The translations under genes and the position numbers were made by a program. From NCBI GenBank assembly GCA_043228905.1, contig JBHGNT010000012.1:6696001-6760000 (forward strand): a stretch of 64,000 bases of DNA, written 5' to 3'. This stretch comes from Azolla caroliniana. Taxonomy: Eukaryota; Plantae; Polypodiophyta. Below the pieces are notes generated by a model. That model was given only the letters and a program-made list of their open reading frames with translations, was not told the DNA's origin and ran no database searches. Below are positions 35,236 through 47,691 of the stretch, in pieces. How positions within the stretch are numbered: the first letter of the stretch is position 1; every line of letters starts with the position of its first letter.

Positions 35236-38200
35236 GTCTCCGATTCGTTCTAGCTCTTGTTTGAATCGGTTGCTCCCGATTCGTCTTCTGGTTCCAAGCC
35301 CATTACCACATCGGAGCATGTCTGGGTCTTGGCCTTCTTCTTTCGGTCGGCTCTGTCCTTCTTGACTCTGCCGCCTTCTGTTCTTCCCTCACCGGCGCAA
35401 TCGGCAGTCTCTTTGCCTTTGCCCGTTCCGGTGTCTCTGTCCGTTCTCCCCCTCAAGTGTGGCACGTTGAGATGCTGAACACCAAGCATGTCAGTAAAGT
35501 GTTGCAACTTGTTCGATCTGAGCGGCTTGGTGAAGATATCGACAACTTGCCGATCCGTGTGAACATACCATAGTTCAACTTCACCGCTCAAGACCCGCTC
35601 ACGCACAAAACGATATGCACTTCTATGTGCTTCGTGCGAGCATGGAACACAGGGTTCTTGGCGAGCTGCATGTTGTTGATGTTATCACAATAAATCGGGA
35701 TCGGGGTTGGTACCTCGATCCACAAGTCTCACAGCAGTCGCCGAAGCCAAATGGCTTCGCAGGTTGCAAAGGTCGCCCCCCAGTACTCAGCCTCAGTGCT
35801 TGATAGAGCCACTGTTGGCTGCTTTTTGTTGCTCCATGCAACAGCTGCACTCCCAAGGGAAAACATAAAACCGGAGGTTGATCGGCGATCTGATGCATCT
35901 CCGGCCCAGTCGGCATCTGTGTAACCGACCAGCTCTTCGGGTATACCGTGCTGGTATAACAGGCCCCGGTCCTTCGTGCCGCTTACATATCGTAGTATCC
36001 GTTGTGCACACTAAAGGTGCTCCACGGTCGGCTTCTGCATGAATTGACTTATCATTCTGACCGATAGCTGAGGTCAGGTCGCGTGATAGTCAAGTAAATA
36101 AGGCTTCCGACGATTTGTCAGAACCGTTTCTCATTGCAGGTCGGTCCGGAGTTGGGACAAAGCTTCTGGTTCCGGTCCAAGGGTGTGGAGACAGGCCGGT
36201 ATTCTGTCATGCCGAACTTGTACAGCATATTCAAGACGTAATGTCGTTGTGAGAGTAATATGCCGTCGGGGGTTCGGATCACCTCGATCCCTAGAAAATA
36301 ATGAAGGTCCCCCGGGTCCTTCATCTCAAATGCGTCCGACAACAGGGACTTGACGCATGTGATTTCTAGAACACCCGGTCTGGTGATGACTAGATCATCA
36401 ACATACAGTAGGATACATACCGGACCAGCTGAGCCTTGCCGGATGAACAATGAAGAGTCTGTTTTGTAGGCCACAAACCCCATCTTACGCAACCGGTGCG
36501 TGATCTTCACATTCCAAGCTCGAGGAGCTTGCTTCAGGCCGTACAACGACTTCTTCAGCCGGCATACCGCCGACTTGTTCATCTCCGATTCAAAGCCGGG
36601 GGGCTGATTCATAAAGACTTCTTCTTCAAGATCACCATGAAGAAACGCATTCTTCACATCCATCTAGTGAAGATGCCACCCCCTTGCTGCAGCAACCACC
36701 AGCACCACACGAACCGTCGTCATCTTCGCTACTAGAGCGAAGGTCTCGTCGTAGTCGATTTCGTGGGTCTGCGCGTATCCCTTCACCACTAACCGGGCTT
36801 TATACCGGTTAACTTAACCGTCGGCGTTGTACTTTACCTTGTATATCCACTTGCATCCGATCGGTTTACAGTGACGAGGTGGGTCAACCAGGTCCCATGT
36901 CTTGTTGACATCAAGTACCCGCATTTCTTCTTCCACAGCGGCACGCCAATTTGTGTCCTTGGCCGCTTCTGTGTAGCTCTCTGGCTCACGCACTTCCGCC
37001 ACCTTAGTCATGTACGCATAGTGATGCACCATGTATTCATTGTACCCGTACCGCTAGACAGGATCCTTCTGGCGGGTGGACCAATGTAACTCACTGTTAC
37101 CCGGTTTGAGGCCCTTCTTGGCCGGTTCGGTCTTCGTTGCCGAAGATCCACCTTTCTCCTTGCCGGAGTCGGATGCACACTGATCCGACTCATCGTTGCC
37201 GGTTTTGAATTCCGGCATCTTCTTCTTTCCCTTCTCTTTGCGCGTGAGCCGTCGCCTCGGTTCCTTGCGCGGGGAGTGCACGCCAGAGTCTCCACTACTC
37301 GTTGGTTCCTCATCGGACTGGTTAGATTGACTCAGTCTCTCATTTGGCCCGCTCAACCGGAACGATTCCGGACTCTTATCCTGAGTCCACGCTTCATCAT
37401 CCTCTACCTGGGCCGGTTCAGGCTCACTAGCCTCATCCACCGGCACCGGGTCGGATTCGGATGTCGGAGCCGGTCAGGAGTACCACGATGCCGATTCATC
37501 GAACTCAACATCTCGACTAACTCAGAGCTGCTTTGTCCGGGGGTGATAACATTTATAACCCTTCTGCTCTTGAGCATAGCCGATTAGGATGCATTTTTTC
37601 GATTTTGCATCCAGCTTCCTCCGCTTCTCTTCCGGTACATGCACATATGCAATGCTACCGAAGACCTTAAGGTGTCTCAAATTTGGCTTGCGTCCGAAAT
37701 ACAGCTCGTGAGCTGACACTTTGTCACCGATCCAGTTCTGGATGTAGACAGTTGTTCGGACTACCTCCGCCCAGTAGAATTTGGGCATGCTCTTCTCCTC
37801 CAGCATTGCCCTTGCTGCATCAATAAGCGACTGGTTCTTCCTTTCGGCGACACCGTTCTGTTGCGGTGTGTATCTGCAACTGAACTCTCGCCGAATTCCC
37901 TTTTGTTGCAGATAACTGTTGAATTGGCCGGAAAAGTACTCTTTTCCGCCATCCGACCGTAGGCATTCGATCTTCCTCTCCGAATCCCGTTCCACCATGC
38001 TTTGGAGACTCCGGAAACACTCGAAGACTTCACTCTTCCGCTCAATGAGGTAGATCCATGTGTGCTGTGTATAGTTGTCGATAAAGGAGACGAAATATCG
38101 ACTCCCGCCAAGACTAACATTCTGTGCCGGTCCCCACACATCCGAATGGATAAGGTTGAGCTTGTTACGGCTCCGGTTACGTTCGGTGGGGAATGGAATC

Positions 38201-41200
38201 CAGTGTTGCTTCCCGACTTGGCAAGCTTCACATACTTGAGCCTTCCGGCCGGTAAACTTCGGCAAACCGAAAACAACTTGTTTCGTTTGCAGGTCTTGAA
38301 GCCTCCGGTAATTGACGTGGCCTATCCGCTTGTGCCACAAGTCGATGTCCGATTTCACCTTCTGTCCTTTTGCAAATAGAGCGGTGCCGACGTCATTGTT
38401 GTCGAGGATAAACATCCTCCCGTATCTGCGCCCTTGCGCAATAATCTGGCCCTCTTCCTCGATGAAGCACCCGAGGTGCATAAACCGCACCTGCATCCCT
38501 TGGCCGACGATCTGTCCGACCGACACCAGGTTCTTCGTGATCGTCGGAACGTGTAATACGTTCATCAGCTTCCCCTTTTGTCCGATGTGGCTCAAAGGGA
38601 CTTCTCCGACGTGCACAATTGGGTGAGGAGTGTCGTCTCCGGTTTCGACTACTCCTGGTTGATCCGGTTTCTCCAAAAAGGAGAACCACTCTTTGTGGTT
38701 CGTCATGTGGTTCGACGCACCGGAATCAACATACCACACTTCCTCCGATTTGGAAGTGGTCTTCTTCATCGAGTTCGCCTCATGCTTCATCACCAAGGCT
38801 AGCTCGTTACCGTTCTTGGATCCTCCTGATCCCATCGCGTAGTGCGAGCTTTGCCGACCATCCTTGCCGGCCTTGCCGGATCCGGATTTGTTCGAATCGG
38901 CGCGTTTTCTCCAGCACTCGCTTTCTCTATGGCCCTTTTTGCCACAATACCAACATTCCGTTGCAGATTTGTCTTGCCGGCCTCCGGCACCGCCTTGACT
39001 CCCCCTGCCTATGGAAGTCCTGGAACTGTTGTTGGCACATTCTCTGTGCCTTCGTTCTTGCTCTTGCCGGCCGCCTCCATTGCATGCCGACCCGCCTCAT
39101 CCACCACGCCCACGAGACCGATCCAGTTCCGTGTACAGCATCCAGCTGTTAATGGGTGCGCTAGTTGACGCACCGGCTTGGTTCTCCTCTACAAGGAGCA
39201 TCGACTGTAAGTCGAAAAATGACGGTGTATTCTCCCTTGTACATACGGCCGTTCGGAACGTTCTGAACTTAGACGCCAGGCCCCCAAGACAAACTTGTAC
39301 CATCTCGTCTTCCTCTACGGTAACATTGATAGAGGCTAGCAAGTCACAGATCTCTTTGATCCGGACCGTGTATATTAGAGATCTAGGTACTAAAGTAAGC
39401 TTAAGATAAGGATACAGTAATGATAGATAGAAAGGAGAAAGAGAAAGAAGGGTGCCGATCCACTCGACCACCCCCGAGCGAAGGGATCGAGACGGACTCG
39501 AGCCTCGATCGGCGTCCCATACCACCGTCGTGGCGTCGAGTCGTACCTGGTGCTGGCGCGCTCGCTACAAGAATTGACCCACCACAAGAGCAGAGTCTCG
39601 ATGTAGTCAAAAGATGATCAAATGAGGGTAGCTAGGCCTCTTATTTATAGCGATACCCAAGGCCCCCAGGCAAGTTCACACTTGACCTAATGGGTTATCT
39701 TAATCCCGAGGATTAAAAGTAATCCTCCCCTTCTTTACACTCTCGTTTAACCCTCACACTTATCCACGTGTATAGAATACTACGGTAAATTCTCACCACG
39801 ACCAGTTGCTGAGCCACATCCGAGATGCCAAGACGCTGAAGGAGGCTTGGGGAAACCTGAAGAAGATTTTCGCCGCGAGCACTACAACCCGGAAGCTGCA
39901 TCTCCGACAGAAGTGAAGCAATGTCCGACAGAAGGACATATTGGTGGCGGATTACACTGTTACGGGCATGACCATTTAATATCCCGTGGTGAGAATTTAC
40001 TGTAGTATTCTATACACAGGGATAAGTGTGAGGGTTAAACGAGAGTGTAAAGAAGGGGAGGATTACTTTTAATCCTCGGGATTGAGACAACCCATTAGGT
40101 CAAGTGTGAACTTGCCTGGGGGCCTTGTGTATCGCTATAAATAAGAGGCCTAGCTACCCTCATTTGATCATCTTTTGACTACATCGAGACTCTGCTCTTG
40201 TGGTGGGTCAACTCTTGTAACGAGCGTGCCAGCACCAGGTACGACTGGCCACATCATTCATTCTCAATCGATCACCCCTCATGGACCATGTTGATGCTAA
40301 CGAGATTCTTGTCTGCCTCTTATCATGTCTTCGACATACTCTTTCAACTTCAACCCAATCCTCGGTGAGGCCATTTGCACCGTCATCCTTTCTTTCCGAT
40401 CGATCGATCTTACAAACATTAGGACTTTATCCATCCCCACCAATCGTTGTTCCCGCTCCACGGCGGTGGTATGGGACGCCGATCGAGGCTTGAGTCCGTC
40501 TCGATCCCTTCGCTCGGGGGTGGTCGGGTGGATCGACACCCTTCTTTCTCTTTCTCCTTTCTATCTATCATTACTTTATACTTATCTTAAGCTTACTTTA
40601 GTACCTAGATCTCTAATATTTGGTATCAGACCTAGGTTAATTATTGAGGACATGCTTCGAGCATACGTTGGTGCAAAACCAACAAAATGGGAACGTTATC
40701 TCCCAATTTTGGAGTTTGCTTATAATAGCTCCAAGCATACGTCGACGGGATATAGTCCTTTTATGTTGATGTATGGTTTTCAGCCACGAGCCCCGATTGA
40801 TGTTAATATACATCATGATGAGTTGCGAAGTACGCAAAACTTTCTTCGGGATATGCAAGATATGTTGCATATTGCATGAGATAATATAAAAACAGCTCAA
40901 GATAGAGCGCGTTTTTATGCCGACCATCATAGGCAACCTCGTGTATTCAACCCTGGACAAAAGGTATTTTTACGTGTACCTCACAATTCTAAGACATTGT
41001 CTACGGGTAAGTGCGCTAAGTTAGCCCCACGGTTTTGTGGACCTTTGTACAGTCCTCAAACGCATTGGGTCATTAGCCTATTGTCTCGCTCTTCCCGATG
41101 GTGTCAGAATTCATCCAGTCTTTCATGTGAGTCGTCTAAAAGAACTTCTAGGTTCTGGCGACAATACAGTTACAACTGAAACTCTGGTTACTTCTGAAGA

Positions 41201-42129
41201 ATGATCTTCTAAACCACATGTATCAAAAAGAATTCTCGATGTTAAAACAAAAAAATTACGTACTAAAGAAATCCGAGAATTTAAAATAAAATGGATGGAT
41301 AAATCAATAAAAGATGCCACATGGGAACGCGAAAATACTCTTAGAACTAACTTCCCTAACTTTCCATTGCAAGAGTGCAATGTTTTAAAGAGGGGGAGTA
41401 TGTTACGGGCATGACCATGAAGCAGTACATCACTCTCCTTGCCGATTGTTCCCACACTGGGAAGTCCTTATCTGCCGCATCAGGTGTTGTTTCGTTGGCT
41501 CCTTCAACGAAACTCCAGTAGCCATGCCCAAGCAGGTACTAGTGCATCTTATACGACCAAGATGCATAGTTGGATCTGTCGAGTTTCTCCACAGGGAGCG
41601 AGCTAGCCATCCCTCTATCCCTTCTCTTTCTTCTGTTTTACGACCTGTTAGGGTTTGCTTTCAAGCGTTTGTCGGTTGCAGAGGAGGTTCTCAACCCTTG
41701 CACTCTGATACCATGTAAACGATTACTTGCGGAAGCGTTAGAAGCGTTAGAAAATAGAGAAGGTAGGGAATACACATAGTAGACAAGAGAGATAGAGAGA
41801 GCAGAACCTCAAAGCTATATTCAAAAATATATAAAAACACTTTGTCCTTACAACTATGATCAGTAGCATTATTTATACAAGTCCTCGTGGGACTGACAGA
41901 AGTACCAACTACTTCAATGCTCACACAAGCATCTGACACTTACTACGAGACTATAATTGCCTAGTAGTCTACACTAGTACTAGGCTTCCGGTTACTGATT
42001 GGATCCGGCAAACCAGCTCACCGGCTTTGTTGCTTGCCGGCTCGATTGCTCACAGCTTACTGATCCGTCTCGCTTGCCGGCTAAGGCTTATTCAGCCGAT
42101 CCGGCTCCAGTTGATCTTGCCGCTCAACA
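35236..42129 (-). mobile_element. Near full-length degenerate copia family A (5' LTR 41714-42129; 3' LTR lost)
   Basis: PBS at 41703-41713, gag, 437-aa PR-INT ORF, RT and RNase H; gag interrupted at 39373-41418. Confidence 0.92.
39373..41418 (+). mobile_element. Internally deleted Ty3/gypsy chromovirus (5' LTR 39958-40618, PBS 40621, INT C-terminus plus chromodomain, PPT, 3' LTR split by inversion), TSD TACAC
   Basis: EFAYNSSKH, KLAPRFCGP and IKW..DATWE motifs; TSD at 39953-39957 and, as GTGTA, at 39368-39372. Confidence 0.88.
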
Positions 42130-45100
42130 TCAATTTAGTATAAGAGGGGAGGATTATTGTCATGGAGGGGGGGAAAACAATCAAAGAGACCTATTTTGTA
42201 AAGGGTTTTTCTCTCGAAGAAATAGTGAATTTCCTATTTTGGCATTTCTTCTTCGTCTGCGTTTGAGGAGTAGCGTTATACGGTATTTTCTTCATAATTA
42301 TCAATTCTGACATCTGTTTTCGACGTTCTATAGCTCGTTAGAAAGCTCTTCCAGAGGGCTTTCCAATCTGTGTTTGCACACTTAATTTGATTACGTAGGT
42401 GGAACGATATAAGGTTTTTTGTCTTCACGGGTAGGGCTGCAAACCACTCATGACTATTGAGATACTTCCGGCTTGACTTCCCACTCTTCTCTTTCATTTT
42501 CTTATTTCCTCTCTCCTGGTTCAGAACTCCAGCGGTTCCGCCCAGACATGCCAAGCTCTTATATGCGACGTGCTTCGACACGACAACGGTAGGGGAGGAC
42601 AGAGACAGACGAAGAAGATTTCGTGGAGATGATGTTGAAGGCGATGGTGGATTTCGCGCGAGTAAGGTGCAAAAAAGGGAAAAAATAGAGGTTGACAACC
42701 TTTGGCCCCACCACATCACTTTTCTTTGGCACATGCCGGACGATGTGCGGTTTGGTGGGGGTGGATGTTGTGGTGTGGCATGTGCAATGTGAGAAAAAGC
42801 GAGGTTCCACGCACATCTCATGAAATAATGTATAAATAAAATAATAATAATAATAATAATAAATAACTTGTAGTAGCTTAGTGGTTAAGGCTTATTATAA
42901 GTATATGTAGAGAGGTGTAGAGTTTAAGTCTCTCTTGCTACAAATCAATGAGTATTTTGCTTCCCTTCCATTTTTGTGATAAAGGAAATTTTTTAAAAAG
43001 CATGTAATGTTAAAATAGGCGTCTCTTTCCTCAATAAAAGGGGAGGAATAGGGCTTATTATGGGGTCGACCATTTTGCCGTAGGGGTGTACCACTAGGGT
43101 TTCATCTTCTTCTCCTCTTCTTCTTGGGTTAGGGTTTATAGCCTCCTTTTCTCTTTATCCCTTTCTCCTTTTTCTTTTCCTTCTAGGGTTAAGGTTTGAG
43201 CGCTTATTCTTTCCTCCTCAACATACTAGAGGACTTAGGATTTTAGGGTTTGAGAGTTTTGCTTCTAGTATTCTACTTCTTACTCGAGAGATTTTAGGGT
43301 TTGGATTCTTTTTACACCAACTTCTTCAGCATCTCAGTGGTGGTAAACTCGGTAGCCGGTGGCCTATGGGAGGTTGTAGTGGCATGTGTTGGAAGACAAG
43401 TCCCTCCGGATGGGAAGGGAGAAGAACAGTGTTGATGAACAAACTCGGCCGAGGCCGATAGGCCTCGACCAAATCCAGATGAGGAGTACCCAACTACGGA
43501 GAGCCGGATGGTGCAGACCCGGTGAGAACCGGATGAGCAGTACCCGGCTACGGAGAGTCGAATGGTGAGGAGTGCTCACCGGATGAAGAGACATATTCGT
43601 AAATATGTTTCTGAGAGTTCATCATGGCTATATTTGTAAATAGCCGAAAAGTCATATTAGTATAAATATGACTTAGGGCAAACTTTTAGATGTTGTTGTT
43701 ATTCTTGTTGGTGCAAGAAGCGAGAGCGTGTAACAGTGTACAGAGAGTGAGAGAGAGAGGTAGAAGTCATTGCCTCTGCTGTAACCGCCGCCTGTGGCGA
43801 AGGTCGTGAGCGCGAGGTCGTTGCCTCCGTGAGCTCACTGTTGTAATCATTGTGATATAGTGATAGTTTGGAGTCTATGGACTTTCGTGGTTTTTCCCTC
43901 TCAAGGTTTTCCACTTTAAACATCCTATGTACCTTTTTTTTCTCTCCTTTGTGTTGTGTCTTTCGTTTCCCGTTTTTTGCGTATGAGTCTAAGCTCGGTT
44001 GTGGCCGAGCGTTCCGTATAGGGAGCATGCAGTTCCTGTCAAGTGGTATCAAGCAAACCGACACATAAAATGGACGATTCATTGGGAGGCATGTTCAAGC
44101 TCACCGACTCCAACTATTCGGTATGGAAGTCGAAGATGAGGGACATGCTCGTGGTCAAAGATCTTTGGTTGCCGGTACAGTTTGGGGACAAGAGACCGGA
44201 CAAAATCGACGCCACGATATGGGAGGTGATGCACATGAAGACAACAGCTTACATACAGTGCTTCATCGACATGAGCCTATACAACAACTTCAATGAAGAG
44301 AGCAAGGCTCATGAGCTCTGGGAGAAGATCAGCATTATGTTTCAGAACAAAAATCTTGTTAACCAGGTTTCGGTATTCCGGAAGCTGGTAAGACCCTGGT
44401 ACCAAGATGGCTCCAGCATGGCGGAGCACATGAATGCCTTCCAGGGACTGATCCACGAGGCAACATCATTGGAATTACCTCTCGCCGATGAGGTACTAGC
44501 GCTACTCCTGCTCGGTTCCCTCCCGGATAGCTGGGAGACGTTGGTTGTCACTCTGGGCAACGCCGGGCCGGAAGGAAAACAGTTATCCCTAGCAAGAGTG
44601 AAGTCGAGCTTGCTAGATGAGGAGGCACGTCGGAAATATAAGGATACAAGCTCCGACTCCAAAGCGCTCCTTACTGAATCGGAACGCGGAAGACATAGAA
44701 ACCGTAGTCCCCAAAACCGGGAGAAGTCGGGGACACGGTCAAAGTCAAGGGGGAGGCCTACTTGCTTCTATTGCGGCAAGCCGGGACACTTCCAGAAGAA
44801 CTATTGGCATTTCCGGAAAGACAAGGAAACCGACGGTACCGATTTGAAACGGACACCAGACCGGAACGGTAAAGACCAGAGGAGGCCAGACCGGAAGGGG
44901 ACAACGGCAATCACGGCAAGTGAAGAAGAGTTTATGCTCATCACCGAGGAGAGTGAGATAAACCTTGCCGGCGACGAAATGACCTGGGTGGTAGACTCCG
45001 GAGCGTCATTCCACCTTACCCCGGACCGGAAATGCTTCTCATCCTACTCAGCTGGTGATCACGGCTGTGTCCGGATGGGGAATGAAGGTACATGCCGAAT

Positions 45101-47691
45101 TGTCGACATAGGAGACGTGTGGTTGACAACACCAACAGGATGCAAGCTGCTGTTGAAGGATGTTCGACACGTTCCGGAGGTTCATCTAAACCTGATATGA
45201 GCTGGTCGGCTAGATGATGAAGGCTACACGGGTAGCATCCGGAACGGTGTTATGAAGTTCAGCAAAGGGAGCCTGATTGTGGCTCGGGCCCGGAAGGTAA
45301 ACACGTTGTACCTGATGAATGCCCGGTTATGTCCGGAGGAAGTGAACGTGGCATCCGACACTGCCTGTGAGCTGTGGCACAAAAGGTTATGTCACATGAG
45401 CGAGAAGGGGATGAAGAGGCTTGCAGATAACAACCTCAATCCAGTGAAGAATGTGCACTTGGAGAAGTGCACTGATTGTTTGGCCAGTAAACAAAACATG
45501 ACCTCCTTCCGATCAAGGCCACCGATGAGACGTAATGCGCCACTGGAGTTGGTGCATACAGATGTGTGTCAAGTGGACACGAAGTCACATGTCGGAACAC
45601 AGTACTTCGTGACGTTCATAGATAACCACAGTCGGAAGTTGTGGGCCACACCGTTGAAGACGAAGGATCAGGTGCTATCCGTCTTCAAAGAGCTCCACGC
45701 GAGAGTGGAAAGAGAAACCGGTCGGAAGCTGAAGGCGGTTCGAGCAGATAATGAAGGAGAATACCGGGGGCAATTCGAGGAGTACTGCCGCTCGAAGGGA
45801 ATCCGGCTCGAATTTACCGTGCCGAAGACGCTGGAACTAAACGGGCTGGCCGAGAGGATGAACCGGACCATAATGGAGAGGGTCCGGAGTATGCTAGCGC
45901 ATGCAAAACTACCCAAGAAGTTTTGGGCTGAGGCACTATCGATGGCGACATACGTGATAAACAGATCACCCTCAGTACCCTTGGATGGAGACGCACCGCA
46001 GAGAGTATGGACTGGTAAGGAAGTGTCCTATCCGCATTTGAAGGTGTTCGGGTGTCTCGCATACGTGCATGTAGCTAAGGACCGGAGAGGAAAGTTAGAT
46101 CCAAAGACCCGGCCGTGCATATTCCTCGGTTATGACGACAATGAGTTCGGCTACCGAGTGTGGGACCCGGTCGACAAGAAGGTATTCCGGAGTCGAGATA
46201 TTATCTTCATGGAGGACATGACGCTCGCCGACTAGGAGTCGGAGAAGAAGATAATGAACTCCGAGTCGACCGGTAAGGATCGACTCTACGATGAGCAGAC
46301 CTAACCGGCAAGAGACCGGTTAGCACTCGAGGGACCAACCGGTTATGGTGAGGATACCGAACAGGCCCGAAGACGGAGATATCCTCTCAGAGAGAGTAGG
46401 GCGCCATGGAGATTTCCGGATGCAGAGCATGTTCTACTGACCGATGAGGGGGAGCCGGAAAGCTTCGTAGAAGCGAAGGATGACACACACAGCCGAAAAT
46501 GGTTAAGTGCCATGCACGATGAGATGCATTCCCTGCATGAGAACCATACGTACGAATTGGTGGAGTTGCCGAAAGGAAAGTGGGCACTCCGAAACAAGTG
46601 GGTGTACAAGTTGAAACCGGGAGATCCCGGCAACCCCCCGAGATACAAAGCCAGGATCGTGGTGAAGGGGTTCCAGCAGAAAAAGGGCGTGGACTTTGAC
46701 AAGATATTTGCCCCAGTAGTAAAGATGACCTCCATTCGAACGGTGCTGAGTATAGCAGCAAGCATGGACCTCGAGGTAGAACATCTAGACGTGAAGACGG
46801 CATTCCTTCATGGCGACCGGATGGATTTGTGGAGAAAGGGAAGGAGCACCTGGTATGCCGGCTGAAGAAGAGCCTGTACGAACTAAAGCAGGGTCCCCGA
46901 CAATGGTACCGGAAGTTCGATTCCTTCATGACCGATCAAGGGTACCACAAGACGCAGGCCGATCACTGCATGTTTGTGAAGAAGTTCGAAGGAGGCGACT
47001 TCCTGATACTCCTTCTATACGTGGACGACATGTTGATCGTCGGATGTTGAAGAAGGCTCTCAACCGGACCTTCTCAATGAAAGACTTGGGTTCGGCAAGA
47101 CAGATGCTGGGGATGCATATTATTCGGAACCGGTCAATGAAGCAATTGTGGCTGTCACAGGAGAAGTACGTGACAAAGGTGCTTCAGCGGTTAAACATGT
47201 CAGATGCGAAACCGGTCGGATTGACACTTCCGGCAAACTGCAGGCTATTCGGTAAGCAAAGCCCGAAGACGAAAGCAGAGAAGGCGGAGATGATGAAGGT
47301 CCCATATGCCTCTACCGTCGAGAGCCTGATGTACGCAATGGTGTGTACCTGTCCGGATATAGGATACGCAGTCGGAGTGGTGAGCCGGTTTATGAGCAAT
47401 CCCGGCAAGGAGCACTGGAACGCGGTCAAATGGATACTCTGGTATTTGAAGGGCACTTCAAATATGTGTCTCCCATTCGGCTCCAGAAAACCTCAACTTG
47501 ACGGTTTCCCCGATTCGGACATGTCGGCTGATGTGGATACCAGCCGGTCTACATCCGGGTATGTCATGACATATGCAGCGGGAGTTGTTTCGTGGCAGTC
47601 GAGGGTGCAGAAGACGGTTGCATTGTCAACCATGGAGGCGGAGTACATGGCGGTTGTGGAAGCTGGCAAGGAAATATTATGGATGAAGGAC

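Noticed and set aside
42276-42821. Host gene ORFs of 111-181 aa
   Set aside because: No recognisable domain or splice structure, and they overlap on both strands.
43090-43305. Interstitial telomere array
   Set aside because: The motifs are dispersed single copies, not tandem TTTAGGG.
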